A stretch of DNA of 64,000 nucleotides from Pirellulales bacterium (lineage in GTDB: Bacteria > Planctomycetota > Planctomycetia > Pirellulales > PALSA-1355): positions 237,665-301,664 of the forward strand of contig CAVTBU010000006.1 in the NCBI GenBank assembly GCA_963733035.1. The letters run 5' to 3'. The notes below the pieces were generated by a model. That model did no database searches and was not told the origin of the DNA. It was given only the letters and a program-made list of their open reading frames with translations. Positions 14,776-25,951 of the stretch are shown piece after piece. Both the position numbers and the translations under genes were made by a program. Each line of letters begins with the position of its first letter. Position 1 is the first letter of the stretch.

Positions 14776-15690
14776 ATGAATATCTACATCATCAAGACCA
14801 TCAAGATCCGCAGCTACGAAATGGGTCTGTACTTCCGCGACGGCGAGTTCCGTGGCTTGCTGCGCGAAGGTCGCCACTGGTTCGTAGATCCGCTGGGGAA
14901 GGCCAAGATCGAGGTCGTATCGCAGCGGCAGCCGTGGCTGGCGCACGAGAAGCTCGACGTGATCTCGCGCTCGGGTGCGCTCGAGGACCGCGCGGTGGTG
15001 CTGGACCTGAAGGACTACGAACGGGCTTTGGTCTGGATCGATGGTCACTTCAGCCACATCCTGCCGCCGGGCCTGTACGCCTACTGGACGGCTCTGCGTG
15101 ACGTGAAGGTCGAGGTGGTCGATGCCCGCAAGGCGCGGTTCGAGCACCCGGATCTGAAGGTCATCCTGCAGTCGCCGCTGGTGGACCGTGTGCTGTCGCT
15201 GGCGACGGTGCAGGCGCACCACATGGGCGTGTTGTTCATCGACGGCGACTTCGTCGAGACGTTGCCGCCGGGCCGCTACGCCTTCTGGAAGAACCTGGCT
15301 CAGGTCAAGTTCGTCGAGGAGGATATGCGCGAGGCGATGTTCGACGTGGCCGGCCAGGACATCATGACGGCCGATAAGGTGACGCTGCGAATGACCGAGC
15401 TGATGGAGAAGTTCCCGGTCCACGTGGTGTGCGGCTGGACCGGCAACAGCGAGGCGATCGCGCTGAAGCACTACCTCCAGGTCACCGACGACCATTTCGA
15501 GCGGGCCGTGCGGGGCGAGGCCGAGATCGGGCCGGAAGTCACGCCGACTGTTACCAACACTCTCGCCAACACAACGGCGCAAAAGCGGCGCAGCATGCGC
15601 ACGCAGGGGGTAGCGGCGAGCAGCAGGCGGCTCAGGGCACCAACGCAAAAGCCCCGGGATTGCCGGGGCCTGCGACTTCCCGCGATATAG
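14776..15690 (+). pseudogene. Chimeric ORF: the N-terminal ~205 aa of the SPFH-associated protein family (compare 31445..32557) fused in frame at about 15394 to the last ~70 codons of a tyrosine integrase
   Basis: Protein matches the 31397 ORF up to ADKVTLRM, then matches the integrase C-terminus TELMEKFP.HVVCGW.GNSEAIALKHYLQVTDDHF. Confidence 0.6.
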
Positions 15691-15726
15691 CGAACACTTG
15701 TTCACGCGGGGAGTCGAACCCCCAGC
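15394..15726 (+). repeat. Direct repeat of the integrase 3' end plus att region (partner 40091-40425), ending in a partial tRNA-Glu T-arm core ggggagtcgaacccc
   Basis: Alignment of the two segments, about 93% identical. Confidence 0.7.
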
Positions 15727-15985
15727 GCAACTCTCGGGAAACTCGGCCAATTCCCAACCCCGCGGCGCACAAAACGGCGCCGTCGCCGCACGGGGCAGTT
15801 TAGACGCCGAAATCAGCCCCCAGGGCGCCGCTTTGAGCGATGGCCAAATCGACGTCGGCCTCGTGGTCGTCATCCAGGCCTGGCCGCACCTGCCCCAGGC
15901 GATCGGGAAGGGGATCCTGGCACTGGTGCGGGCGGCTGAGAGCTGATTCGCGCCCCAAGTTCATCTCATGACTTGAAAGGCCTGA

Positions 15986-16696
15986 CTACTCTGAACCAAG
16001 CCGATACCCGATGCCTGGCTCGGTCAGTAGATACTGGGGGCGGGAGGGGTCGGACTCGATCTTGCGGCGCAGGTGGGCCATGTAGACGCGGAGGTAGTGC
16101 GTCTCGAACACGCTGTCGGGGCCCCAGACTTCCTTGAGGAGCTGCCGGTGGGTGACGAGCTTGCCGCCGTGGCGGATGAGGGTCGTCAGCAGCCGATGCT
16201 CGATGGGAGTGAGGTGCACCTCCTTTTCGCCGACGAAGACCTGGTGTCGGCCGAAGTCGACGCGCAGCTCGCCAAGGGTGAACACGGGGGCGTCTGCTTC
16301 GGAAACTTCTGGCAACCGCCGCAGCGCCACTCGGACGCGGGCCAGTAGTTCGCCGACGCCGAACGGCTTCGTCAAGTAATCATCCGCGCCACTGTCGAGT
16401 GCCTTGATCTTGTCGGCCTCGTTTCCGCGCGCGGACAGGACGATGATCGGGACATTCGACCACTGGCGCAGCTTGCGAATCACCGACAGCCCATCGATGT
16501 CCGGCAAGCCCAGGTCCAGCAGCAGCAAGGCGGGCTTCTCGTCCTTCGCTTTCTGCAGCCCATCCTCGCCTGTCGGCGATTCCAGCACACGATATCCACT
16601 GCCGAGCAACGTGGCTCGCAGGAATCTGCGAATCTCTGCCTCATCCTCGATGATGAGGATTCTTGGGAATTGAGCCGGGACTGGTTCCTTAACCAT
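15986..16696 (-). CDS. kdpE: KdpE response regulator (OmpR family)
   Basis: REC plus winged-helix domains. Position downstream of kdpD. Confidence 0.85.
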   Translation of the reverse strand: MVKEPVPAQFPRILIIEDEAEIRRFLRATLLGSGYRVLESPTGEDGLQKAKDEKPALLLLDLGLPDIDGLSVIRKLRQWSNVPIIVLSARGNEADKIKALDSGADDYLTKPFGVGELLARVRVALRRLPEVSEADAPVFTLGELRVDFGRHQVFVGEKEVHLTPIEHRLLTTLIRHGGKLVTHRQLLKEVWGPDSVFETHYLRVYMAHLRRKIESDPSRPQYLLTEPGIGYRLGSE

Positions 16697-16755
16697 TTTG
16701 CATCAGGACGTAAGGCTGCCTGGGCCGGCGGATTGCTGCGGCGTTGTTGCGTTCA

Positions 16756-19463
16756 CTATCTCAACGTCCCGCGGCGGTGGGCCATCGGACACGAACTCCA
16801 GGCGAAACGCGGCACCACCCCCTTCGCGATTTCGGGCGCTGCGCGCCCGCCATGAGCATCCATGATGGCACGGCAGATTGCCAGTCCCAGCCCCGCCCCG
16901 CGCGAATCGGACTTGGCGTCCTCGCCACGCTGGAACCGCTCGAAGATCCGCTCCTCGTCCCCTGGCTTCAATCCAGGGCCGTGATCGGCGATCTCCAAAA
17001 TCGTCTTACGTCCGTCTTGCCAGGCACGGATCTCAATGGCCGTTCCGGCCGGCGTGTACCGGCAAGCATTGTCCAACAAGTTCACGATGGCCTGCTCGAC
17101 CAGGACGGCGTCTACGTGCGCGAGCAAAACTTCGGGCGGCAGATTGACGTTTACGGGCCGATTCGCGAGCGTCCGATCGAGCCGCCGCAGGGCCGAGGCG
17201 ACGATCTCTTCGACCGGCTGCCATTCCTTGCTGATTGCCGGCTTTTCGGAGGACGAAAGCTGCGTCATTCGCAGGATGTTCTCCACCAGCCGCGACAGGC
17301 GATCGGATTCTTCGAAGACGGTCTCCAGCAGTTCGCGTCGCGTCGGTTCGTCCATCGATGTACCACCGTGCAGGAGGCTGCTGGAAGCCCCGACGATCAC
17401 GGCCAGCGGAGTGCGCAAGTCATGCGAAATGGAGGAAAGCAGCGTGCTGCGAATCCTCTCCGTCTCCGCCTGTAGATGCGCCTGGTCCGACTCAAGCGTG
17501 AGCCGATCGCGCTCGATCGCCAAGGCAACCTGCGTCGAGTAGTTTTCCAGGATTTGCCGGTACTCGGGCAGGAGAAGTTTAGCGGCGTCGCTGTGGCGAA
17601 CCGCCAAGACACCCATCGTTCCGCTGGGAGATTGGAGCGGAAGGTAGAGCGCCCGGGCGGAGGGCAAAGTATCGGTGCCGTGGCCAGCCGGCTGGCCGTG
17701 GTCAAATACCCACTGCGCGACGGCAATCTCGGACGGATCGGCGGCGAATCGAGCGCGGTGGTCCAGGATCGGCTGTAACTTGCCGGCACGCGACAGGAAT
17801 ACGGCCGTGTCGCCGCCGAGGAACTCCGAGACGGCACGTTCCGTTTCTGCCGCGATGAAATCTTCGCCCACGATGCCGGTAAGCTTGCGGCCCAAGCGAT
17901 AGAGGGCCTCGATGCGTCGTTCGTTTCGCCGGGCGGACTCGGCCTGGCGTCGGACCCGCGCCGTTAGAGCCGCAATACTAAGCCCTGCAACGAGCATCAC
18001 CGCAAACGTGATCAGATACTGTGTGTCGTTGACAACCACGGTGTAATACGGCTGGGTAAAGATCACATCGAACAGCGCGACCGACACGACCGACGCCACG
18101 ATCGAGGGGCCTCGCCCATACCGGAACGCGACGAACATCACGCCCAGGAGGTAGGTCATCACCAGATTGGCTTCGGTCAGGCCTGCGCGATGCCAAAGTA
18201 ACGAGACGGCAGTGCACGCTGCCAGAACGATTGCCGTTCCGATCCAAGCACGCCACCGAAAACCAATCGTAGACGGAGTGGACGGCGGCGCATGCGGCAC
18301 CAGCTCGGCGGTTCCGTGGATCACGTACACGTCAATGTCGCCGCTCTCGCGAATCAACCGGTCCGCAGGCGACTGCCGTGGCCGGAACCATCCGCGCGTC
18401 AACTCGGACTTGCCGACGACGATCTTGGTCACGTTGCGCTCTTGAGCGTACCCGATCGTCTCGGCGACAAGGTCCTCGCCGCTTACGGTGGCGGTTTCCG
18501 CTCCCAGGCGCTCGGCGAGTCGAAGATGCGCGAGCAGCCGCGCGCGATCCTTCGCGGACATCTCGCCCGATTGCGACGATTCAACGTTGATGGCAATCCA
18601 CTCGGCTCCCAGGGACTCGGCCAAGCGCTTGGCCGCGCGCACCAGCCTGGCTGACGTGGGGCTGGGACCGACGCAAACCAGCAGTCGTTCGCGGGTGGCC
18701 CACACTTCGTGCCGGGCGCGAGCGAGCCGGGCGGTCTGCACGTCGGCGTGCACGCGTTCCGCCGTGCGGCGGAGAGCCAGTTCTCGCAGGGCGACGAGAT
18801 TCTCCTTGCGGAAGAAGTTCTCAAGCGCCCTTGCAGCTTGCGCCGGGATGTAGACTTTTCCCTGCTCAAGACGCTCGAGCAGGTCCTCCGGCGGCAGGTC
18901 GATCAGCGTCAGCTCGTCGGCCCGATTGAAAACATCATCGGGCACGGTTTCGCGCACGATGACGCCGCTGATCTGGGCAACGACATCGTTGAGCGATTCG
19001 ACATGCTGCACATTGCAGGTCGTGTTGACGTTAATTCCGGCGTCCAACAGCTCTTCGACATCCTGCCATCGCTTCACGTGTCGCAGTGATGGCGCATTCG
19101 TGTGTGCCAGCTCGTCGACGAGAATCAGTTCCGGTTTTCGTGCCAAAGCCGCATCCAGGTCAAATTCTCTCAGCGTCGTTCCGCGATAGGGAGCCTCCAG
19201 GGCGCAAGCCGCTCCAGACCTTCGAGCAGCTTCTCGGTTTCGGGCCGCCCGTGCGGTTCGACGTAGCCCACGACGACGTCCGCGCCCGCGGCTTGCTCGC
19301 TGCGAGCATCAAGCAACATGGAATACGTCTTGCCGACACCCGCGGAGTAGCCGAAGAATACTTTCAAGCGACCGCGCTTTGCCTGGTCGGATGACTCCGT
19401 GTCTCCCTCCGTCTTGAGACGAGCCAGCATCTGCTCGGGTGTGGGGCGATCACTGTCGGTCAT
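16756..19463 (-). CDS. kdpD: KdpD sensor histidine kinase, apparently frameshifted (97-aa N-terminal piece 19170..19463 plus 796-aa piece 16756..19146)
   Basis: KdpD N-terminal motif GYSAGVGKTYSML, then USP, GAF, HisKA and HATPase domains. The frame switch lies near 19190-19215 (LAPW.. versus ..PYRGTTLREFDLDAALARKPEL). Confidence 0.8.
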
Positions 19464-20047
19464 GGCGCGGCATTCGCTGGCGGCTTAGCAAGTTGGTCAA
19501 GGGCCACGTTAAGCTCGAGAATATTGACGATCGGCTCTCCTCCCAGAGCGACGATCGTCGGAGAGTCAATGTGCTGGCGAACCAGCTCTTCTACCTGCTC
19601 CGGCCGAAGGTTTCGCGCATCAGCCACCCGTGGCACCTGAAACATCGCAGCGGCCAGCGAAATGTGGGGGTCCATTCCCGAGCCGGATGTCGAGACGAGG
19701 TCGGCCGGAACGAGTTGCCCCGCATCGGGCTTTAGCTCGCCGATGATCTGCCGCGCTTTTTCCGTGAGCAAGGGATTCCTGGGCGACAAGTTGCTGCCTC
19801 CGGTGGCACTGGCATTGTAGTCGCATGCCGAGGGCCGCGGCCAGAAGTAGTCGTGTCGTGAGAAACCCTGCGCGAGCAGCCGCGAGCCGATGATCGTTCC
19901 GTCGGAACTCCTTACGAGGCTTCCCTGTCGCGACTGCGGCGCGGCGAGCACGGCGAAGCCCAGAATGACGGCCGGGTAAGCCACCGAGCAGACCAGAAGG
20001 CTCAATAAGAACAGTCGCAATGACGTGATGATGTCTCTCATGTTCAA
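19460..20047 (-). CDS. kdpC: K+-transporting ATPase subunit C
   Basis: Single N-terminal TM, KdpC-like sequence, operon position. Confidence 0.8.
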   Translation of the reverse strand: MNMRDIITSLRLFLLSLLVCSVAYPAVILGFAVLAAPQSRQGSLVRSSDGTIIGSRLLAQGFSRHDYFWPRPSACDYNASATGGSNLSPRNPLLTEKARQIIGELKPDAGQLVPADLVSTSGSGMDPHISLAAAMFQVPRVADARNLRPEQVEELVRQHIDSPTIVALGGEPIVNILELNVALDQLAKPPANAAP

Positions 20048-20072
20048 TTCTTTCTCACCCCGGGGCCAAAGG

Positions 20073-22181
20073 CTATGCCAATCCGAGGCCCGACAGGACC
20101 AAGTCGATCAACTTGATTCCCACAAACGGCACCACCAATCCGCCCAAGCCGTAGATGAGCAGGTTCCTCCGCAACAAAGCGTCGGCTCCCACGGCCCGGT
20201 AGCGCACGCCCCGGATCGCGATGGGAATGAGGCACGGGATCACGACGGCATTGAAGATCACGGCCGAAAGGATGGCACTCTGAGGCGTGGCGAGCCGCAT
20301 GATGTTCAGCACTTCCAACTGAGGCAGTGCGACCATGAAGATCGCCGGGATGATCGCGAAGTACTTGGCGACGTCGTTGGCCACGCTGAACGTGGTCAAC
20401 GCGCCGCGCGTCATAAGCATCTGCTTCCCCACCGATACGACGTCAATGAGCTTGGTCGGATTCGAATCGAGGTCGACCATGTTGCCGGCTTCCTTGGCGG
20501 CCTGTGTCCCGGTGTTCATCGCCACGGCCACGTCGGCCTGAGCCAGGGCAGGGGCATCGTTGGTGCCGTCGCCGGTCATGGCCACGAGATGCCCGTCTTT
20601 TTGATACTCCCGGATGAGTTCCAGCTTGGCCTCGGGCGTGGCTTCCGCGAGAAAATCATCAACGCCTGCCTCTGCGGCGATCGCAGCGGCCGTCTTGGGG
20701 TTGTCGCCGGTAATCATTACCGTCTTGATGCCCATGCGGCGCAACTCGATGAAGCGTTCTTTGATCCCGCCCTTGACGATGTCTTTCAGGTAAACGGTTC
20801 CCAGTACACGGCTATTCTCGGCAACCACAAGCGGCGTCCCGCCGGCGCGGGCAATCACGTCCACATCGTGTGCGACTTGCTCAGGAAAATCGCCGGCCTG
20901 TTCGTCTATAAATCGCCGGATCACGTCGGCCGCGCCCTTGCGGATGCGCCGACTGTCGAGGTTGATCCCACTCATTCGCGTGCGGGCCGTGAAGTTGACA
21001 AACTCGGCCTGCTTTGCTTCCAGCTCCCGGCCGCGGATGTTGAACCGCTCTTTGGCCAGGACGACGATGCTGCGCCCCTCGGGCGTTTCGTCAGCTAGTG
21101 AGGCCAGTTGGGCCGCATCTGCCAGTTGCCTCTCTTCGATTCCAGACGCGGGCCGGAATTCGGTGGCTTGGCGGTTCCCTAGCGTGATCGTGCCCGTTTT
21201 GTCCAACAGGAGCACATCCACGTCACCGGCAGCCTCGACGGCGCGGCCGGACATGGCCATTACATTCGCCTGGCTCAGACGCGCCATGCCGGCAATGCCA
21301 ATCGCGGCCAACAGCGCGCCGATCGTAGTAGGTATCAGGCAAACCAGCAGGGCGACCAGCGTTGGCACGTCGATGGTCACATCGAAGTATTGCGCAATGG
21401 GATAAAGCGTCGTGCAGACCATCAGGAATATCAAGGTGAAGCCGGCCAGCACGATGGTCAGCGCGATCTCGTTGGGGGTTTTTTGACGCTCCGCTCCCTC
21501 GACCATCGCAATCATGCGATCCAAGAAGCTTTCGCCGGGTCGGGCCGTGACGCGAATCACTAGATGGTCCGATAGCACGCGTGTTCCGCCCGTGACGGCT
21601 GAGCGGTCGCCACCGCTTTCGCGAATCACCGGAGCACTTTCGCCGGTGATCGCCGATTCATCGACCGAAGCGACGCCCTCGATGACTTCGCCATCGGCGG
21701 GAATCGTCTCGCCGGCTTCCACACGCACAAGGTCGCCGTTTTTCAACTCGGAGGCCGGCACGTCTTCGACAGTGGATTGGCTTTGATCGACGAACCGATG
21801 AGCGGTGACGTCTTGCCGCGCCTTGCGCAGGCTGGACGCCTGGGCGCGCCCCGCGCCTCGGCCACGGCCTCGGCGAAGTTCGCGAACCAGTCCGTCAGCC
21901 ACAGCCACACCGAGATGGCGAGGAAATAGCCGGTGCCTTCGCTTCTGGAGACGGCCGCCGAGAGCGTTGCCAATGTGGTCAACATGGCTCCAAGCTCCGT
22001 GACGAACATCACCGGGTTGCGGGCCATTGACCATGGGTTCAGCATTTTGATGGCCTGGCCGACCGATGGCAGCAGCATCCTGGCGGTGAAAAGCGACTTC
22101 TCCTTGCGAAAGGACGAGCCCCCGGAAGAGCCGCCGGCCGACATTGCTTCGACTTGCATGGAGTTTGGCCCTTCGAATCAA
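20073..22181 (-). CDS. kdpB: K+-transporting P-type ATPase subunit B
   Basis: DKTGTIT, TGDN and GDGxND motifs. Confidence 0.9.
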   Translation of the reverse strand: MIRRAKLHASRSNVGRRLFRGLVLSQGEVAFHRQDAAAIGRPGHQNAEPMVNGPQPGDVRHGAWSHVDHIGNALGGRLQKRRHRLFPRHLGVAVADGLVRELRRGRGRGAGRAQASSLRKARQDVTAHRFVDQSQSTVEDVPASELKNGDLVRVEAGETIPADGEVIEGVASVDESAITGESAPVIRESGGDRSAVTGGTRVLSDHLVIRVTARPGESFLDRMIAMVEGAERQKTPNEIALTIVLAGFTLIFLMVCTTLYPIAQYFDVTIDVPTLVALLVCLIPTTIGALLAAIGIAGMARLSQANVMAMSGRAVEAAGDVDVLLLDKTGTITLGNRQATEFRPASGIEERQLADAAQLASLADETPEGRSIVVLAKERFNIRGRELEAKQAEFVNFTARTRMSGINLDSRRIRKGAADVIRRFIDEQAGDFPEQVAHDVDVIARAGGTPLVVAENSRVLGTVYLKDIVKGGIKERFIELRRMGIKTVMITGDNPKTAAAIAAEAGVDDFLAEATPEAKLELIREYQKDGHLVAMTGDGTNDAPALAQADVAVAMNTGTQAAKEAGNMVDLDSNPTKLIDVVSVGKQMLMTRGALTTFSVANDVAKYFAIIPAIFMVALPQLEVLNIMRLATPQSAILSAVIFNAVVIPCLIPIAIRGVRYRAVGADALLRRNLLIYGLGGLVVPFVGIKLIDLVLSGLGLA

Positions 22182-23848
22182 CGCGGATTGAGGTGTTCGG
22201 CGATCGGACCCAGCATCGCCAAGGGCAGGAACAACAAGGCTCCGACAATGAGGATCGTTCCCAGCAGGACGACGCCGAACAGCAGCGTGTCAGTGCGGAA
22301 AGTGCCGGCGGTCTCGGGAGCAGCCCGCTTGGCAGCCAATGAGCCAACGATGGCCAGCGGCGCGATGATGGGGATGAACCGACCCAATAACATGACGACT
22401 CCCGTGGCGATGTTCCACGGCACCGTGTTATCTCCCAGACCCTCAAAGCCAGACCCGTTGTTGGCGGCCGCGGAGCTGAACTCGTAGACGATTTCGCTCA
22501 AGCCGTGGCTGCCAGGATTGTGCAGCGTGTCCAGACCCCACGACGTGTCTGCGAACAGCGCGGTCCCGCCCAGGATGAACAGCGGATGAGCCAATAGCGC
22601 GATCAGCGCCAGCTTCATCTCCTTGGTTTCCACCTTGCGAGTGAGATACTCCGGTGTGCGGCCGACCATCATGCCGGCCAGGAATACCGCAGTAATCACG
22701 AACAGGAACATATTGATAAGCCCCACCCCGACGCCCCCGAACACGACGTTCAGCCACATCCCGGCCATCGGCACGATGCTCGTCAGCGGGTTCAGGCTGT
22801 CATGCATCGCGTTCACGCTGCCGTTGCTGGTCGAAGTGGTCGACACGGCCCATGTCGCACCGGCAGTTGTGCCGAAGCGCAGCTCCTTGCCTTCGAGGTT
22901 CATCGAATGCGCGACCGGCAAATCCTCTAAGGCGGCTGTCGGCTGGCTTTCAAGCCAACAAGCAGAGACGACGAAGCTCAGGTAAAGCGCCAGCATCACG
23001 CCGAAGAGCACCGCCGCGTGCCTGACGCGAGCGGTGATGCGGCCGAACATCCAGACGGTCGCCATCGGCACAAGCAGGATGGCAATGTTGGAAAGCACGT
23101 TCGACCAGAACGTCGGATTCTCGAAAGGATGCGTGCAATTCGGCCCGAACCAGCCTCCGCCGTTCGTGCCCAATTGCTTGATCGCGATGAAGGCCGCCAC
23201 CGGGCCACGGGCGATCGTCTGCGTCGCGCCTTCGAGCGTTGTGGCGACCGCCGCACCTTCCAGCGTCATGGGCACCCCGCAAACGACCAGCAGACCGGCC
23301 CAGACGATCGACAGCGGTAGCAGGATCAGGGCCGCCGCTCGCCAGACGTCTTGATAGAAGTTGCCCAGGCGCGAGAACCCTGCGAGCCCTCGGGCGAGCG
23401 CCGTGACGACCCCGATGCCCGTCGCCGCACTGACGAACTGCAGCCACATCAATGCCCCAAGCTGAGAGAAGTAGCTGAGCGATACTTCACCTGAATAGTG
23501 CTGTAAGTTTGTGTTGCTGGTAAAGCTGGCCGCGGTATTGAAGGCCAGGCTTGGTTCGATCGGGCCCTTGTCATCGGGATTGAGCGGCAACCACGGCTGA
23601 GTCGTCAATACGAGATACGCGAACACGAACATCAGCAGATTGAAGGCCAACATCGAGACGCAGTACTGTTTCCAACTCTGCGGCCGGCATATCTCATATC
23701 CAAGCAGCGCCACGCACGCTTTGTCGTAGCGGACGCGAATTGGTCCGGCGTCGCTCGGATCCATCGCCCACTGCATGTATCGCGCCAGCGGCCAAGAGAG
23801 GACGAGCGCTACCACGACGACGATTGTTGGAATAGTCAAACCGAGCAT
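22178..23848 (-). CDS. kdpA: K+-transporting ATPase subunit A
   Basis: 556-aa polytopic membrane protein, [14 protein letters not shown]-terminus typical of KdpA. Confidence 0.85.
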   Translation of the reverse strand: MLGLTIPTIVVVVALVLSWPLARYMQWAMDPSDAGPIRVRYDKACVALLGYEICRPQSWKQYCVSMLAFNLLMFVFAYLVLTTQPWLPLNPDDKGPIEPSLAFNTAASFTSNTNLQHYSGEVSLSYFSQLGALMWLQFVSAATGIGVVTALARGLAGFSRLGNFYQDVWRAAALILLPLSIVWAGLLVVCGVPMTLEGAAVATTLEGATQTIARGPVAAFIAIKQLGTNGGGWFGPNCTHPFENPTFWSNVLSNIAILLVPMATVWMFGRITARVRHAAVLFGVMLALYLSFVVSACWLESQPTAALEDLPVAHSMNLEGKELRFGTTAGATWAVSTTSTSNGSVNAMHDSLNPLTSIVPMAGMWLNVVFGGVGVGLINMFLFVITAVFLAGMMVGRTPEYLTRKVETKEMKLALIALLAHPLFILGGTALFADTSWGLDTLHNPGSHGLSEIVYEFSSAAANNGSGFEGLGDNTVPWNIATGVVMLLGRFIPIIAPLAIVGSLAAKRAAPETAGTFRTDTLLFGVVLLGTILIVGALLFLPLAMLGPIAEHLNPR

Positions 23849-23864
23849 CGTCTGGTTTCCACTG

Positions 23865-23957
23865 CTAGAACTGCTCCGGCCGGATGATCACGTAGCAGAG
23901 ATAGCCGAATGCGAAGATCGTCGTCACGATCACGCAACCATTGACAAGCACTTCCAC
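23865..23957 (-). CDS. kdpF: Candidate KdpF (30 aa, GTG start), not present in the ORF track
   Basis: Hydrophobic peptide VEVLVNGCVIVTTIFAFGYLCYVIIRPEQF. GAGGAG RBS. Stop codon 17 nt before the kdpA start. Confidence 0.35.
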   Translation of the reverse strand: MEVLVNGCVIVTTIFAFGYLCYVIIRPEQF

Positions 23958-24166
23958 GGCATTCTCCTCACAGCCGCTCGCAGGCCCAAGTGAAACCAAG
24001 CATCGCCGTGAATTCGGCTATTCCAATGAGGAGCATCAAGATCCACATTCTATCGCCACTCAGGAACCGGCCAGCAAGTCGTCGACGGATGGATTCTAGT
24101 GGGGGCCGCGCTAAAACGGCGTCAAAAAGCCGGCCGCCCAGAATCCCCCAGACGGCGCGAGAATTC

Positions 24167-24480
24167 TTAGATTTCCCCATGAACCAACGAAACCCGAGCG
24201 GCGTCTAAGGTGTATAAGAGGGGTCGGGGCCAAGGGGCTGCTGACCGCTGTTGTGACAAGCTTTTACGGGTTGTTCCTTCCATGATGTTCTTACGGCCAA
24301 GACTGTTCCAAGAACGGATAGCCGGGAGTTATTGGCGCAGCGACAGTGTGCATTGATCGCGAAGCGATGCCGACCGCTGCAAGGTAATTCCTCCCCGCTA
24401 CCACTCCGCTTGTGACGCTTGGCCTTTAGGTCGATCTGGCTGCCAAAGCCCGGTGTCGCAAGGACATCGGGCTTTTTTTG
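24167..24480 (+). ncRNA. Candidate structured RNA, copy 2 (same element as 3461-3747)
   Basis: Same conserved blocks and terminator (gcccggtgtcgcaaggacatcgggc+T7). One variable hairpin is expanded. Confidence 0.45.
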
Positions 24481-24525
24481 TTGGCCTGACGTGGAGGTGG
24501 TGGCGGGGAACCAGGCAACACACAT

Positions 24526-24616
24526 GGGTCGGTAGCGGAGACGCGGGCACCATGCGCAGCATGGTCGGCGGTGGCCTGAAAAGCCGCAGACGAGGATTCG
24601 AGCGCCTCCCGACCCA
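24526..24616 (+). tRNA. tRNA-Phe(GAA)-like with a ~19-nt insertion in the D region (first member of array 2)
   Basis: Same acceptor, anticodon arm and T-arm as 3792-3863. Confidence 0.4.
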
Positions 24617-24621
24617 CTGCG

Positions 24622-24704
24622 CCGGGCACCGACCGCAGGTTGGTCGGCGCGACACTCAGACTGTCGTGCCGTAAGGCGTGGGAGTTCGAGTCTCCCCTTG
24701 GTCA
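24622..24704 (+). pseudogene. tRNA-Leu(CAG)-like pseudogene (no 5' acceptor strand)
   Basis: 3' two-thirds match 7127-7209. The 5' part is diverged. Confidence 0.35.
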
Positions 24705-24738
24705 CTGAACTGTTGGCGGGCAAGAACCCGTTGAACGA

Positions 24739-24807
24739 CGCAGGCGAGCCAGTGCTCAGCTGGGCCTCATAAGCCCGGACCGTCGGGTGCGACACCCGAA
24801 CCTGCTA
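24739..24807 (+). tRNA. tRNA-Met(CAT)-like, initiator-like (GGGC/GCCC anticodon stem, C1 mismatch), with non-canonical T-loop TGCGACA
   Basis: Loop CTCATAA. Paralog of 7227-7295. Confidence 0.4.
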
Positions 24808-24892
24808 CTAGCAACTGAGGCCGCCGAGCGATTAGCGAGGATGAAGACCGAAGGCGGTAGTCATCAGACAAGCCGCCGCGCAGCAGACATTT

Positions 24893-24966
24893 GGCCGGGT
24901 ACGCAAACTGGCAAAGCGACGAGGTCGAGAGCCTCGTGTTTGTGAGTTCGACTCTCACTCCGGTCA
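24893..24966 (+). tRNA. tRNA with anticodon GAG (copy of 7301-7376)
   Basis: Near-identical sequence. Confidence 0.45.
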
Positions 24967-24971
24967 CTGAC

Positions 24972-25044
24972 GATCCCGTGGTCCAACGGCTAAGACGCCT
25001 GGATGACACCCAGGAAACAGATGGTTCAACTCCATCCGGGATCA
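24972..25044 (+). tRNA. tRNA-Val(GAC) (copy of 7870-7942)
   Basis: Near-identical sequence. Confidence 0.55.
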
Positions 25045-25517
25045 CTTTGCAACCGAGTTGCGCAGCGAATCAGTCGGACATCGTTGACGAAAGTCGAGCG
25101 GCGAGCTTTCTGCCACACCAGGCTGCAACAGCCATCGGAATCGCTGCAGCAGCAAATTGAATCGGCATCACGATTGACAACGGTCCAAGGCCCGACGGAT
25201 CCGGCTCAAAGAGCGTGAGCAGGTACACGACGATAAACGCAGCCCCACAAACCATGCCAAGCAGGACTCCCTGAGAGGTGAGGAGTCCTACTAGATAATG
25301 CGATCGAACTTGCCGTTACGACAAGGTTCCATTCGCCATCGTCCGGTGAAATACGCCAGAATCCACCGACAAGGCAAATAGCCGTCACGGCAACGAACAG
25401 AGTTCGCAAGTTGAACTGTGACCGTGACTGTAGCTCGTTGTCTCCACCCATGATCGCCATTATACGGTACGACTTCTGGTTCAGGGCACCACGACAGAAC
25501 ACCGTTTACGTCGCAAT

Positions 25518-25588
25518 TGGGCTGCTCGTCCAACGGGAAGACGCCTGGCTTGCAACCAGGAAATCGGGGTTCGACTCCCCGGCGGTCC
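25518..25588 (+). tRNA. tRNA-Ala(TGC) (copy of 8174-8244)
   Basis: Identical sequence. Confidence 0.6.
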
Positions 25589-25599
25589 ACTGAACAACA

Positions 25600-25687
25600 C
25601 GGGCTCATGGTCCAAAGGGAAGACATCAGGCTGGCAGTCTGACCAGTGTCTATTGGAAATGCGGCGGGTTCAATTCCAGGTGGGTCC
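25600..25687 (+). pseudogene. tRNA-Ala(GGC)-derived element with an extended variable region and an unpaired T-stem
   Basis: The 5' half is identical to 8256-8300. The 3' half is diverged. Confidence 0.35.
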
Positions 25688-25711
25688 ACTCATCAATCAT
25701 GGAGACGTGAA

Positions 25712-25948
25712 ATGGCCGATTCTGTGTTGATCCGGTTCGTCGGCGAAAGAGGGAAAGCACATCACTTTTTGAAGCTTGGCCCGGTAGAGGTTTGGAACCC
25801 GCCGGAGCGTGAGTTTCAGGGTGGCGACGAAATCAGGGTGCAGATTCGCCCGAATGCCTTAAACCCAGATTGCGTGGACCTGACATTTGACGATGGACAA
25901 TACGCGATTGAAGTTCCGAAGGATTTCTTCGTGATCGTTGAGGAATGA
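25712..25948 (+). CDS. Hypothetical small protein
   Basis: 78 aa from MADSVLIRF. Ends 4 bp before IS copy 2. Confidence 0.35.
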   Translation: MADSVLIRFVGERGKAHHFLKLGPVEVWNPPEREFQGGDEIRVQIRPNALNPDCVDLTFDDGQYAIEVPKDFFVIVEE

Positions 25949-25951
25949 AAT

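Noticed and set aside
14494-15873. Long antisense ORFs (459 aa here. Also 31319..32410 of 363 aa, 38615..40279 of 554 aa, 20025..21098 of 357 aa, 47086..48447 of 453 aa)
   Set aside because: Each lies opposite a well-supported gene (SPFH, integrase, kdpB, oxidoreductase). Their Arg/Gly/Pro-rich low-complexity translations are typical of high-GC antisense frames.
24205-24795. 196-aa minus-strand ORF
   Set aside because: It overlaps the conserved RNA element and several tRNA genes. The frame is not conserved in the paralogous region at 3384-3778.
25070-25502. Two small minus-strand ORFs between tRNA-Val and tRNA-Ala in array 2 as a membrane protein gene
   Set aside because: Hydrophobic, but split over two frames with no homology support. 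Left unannotated.
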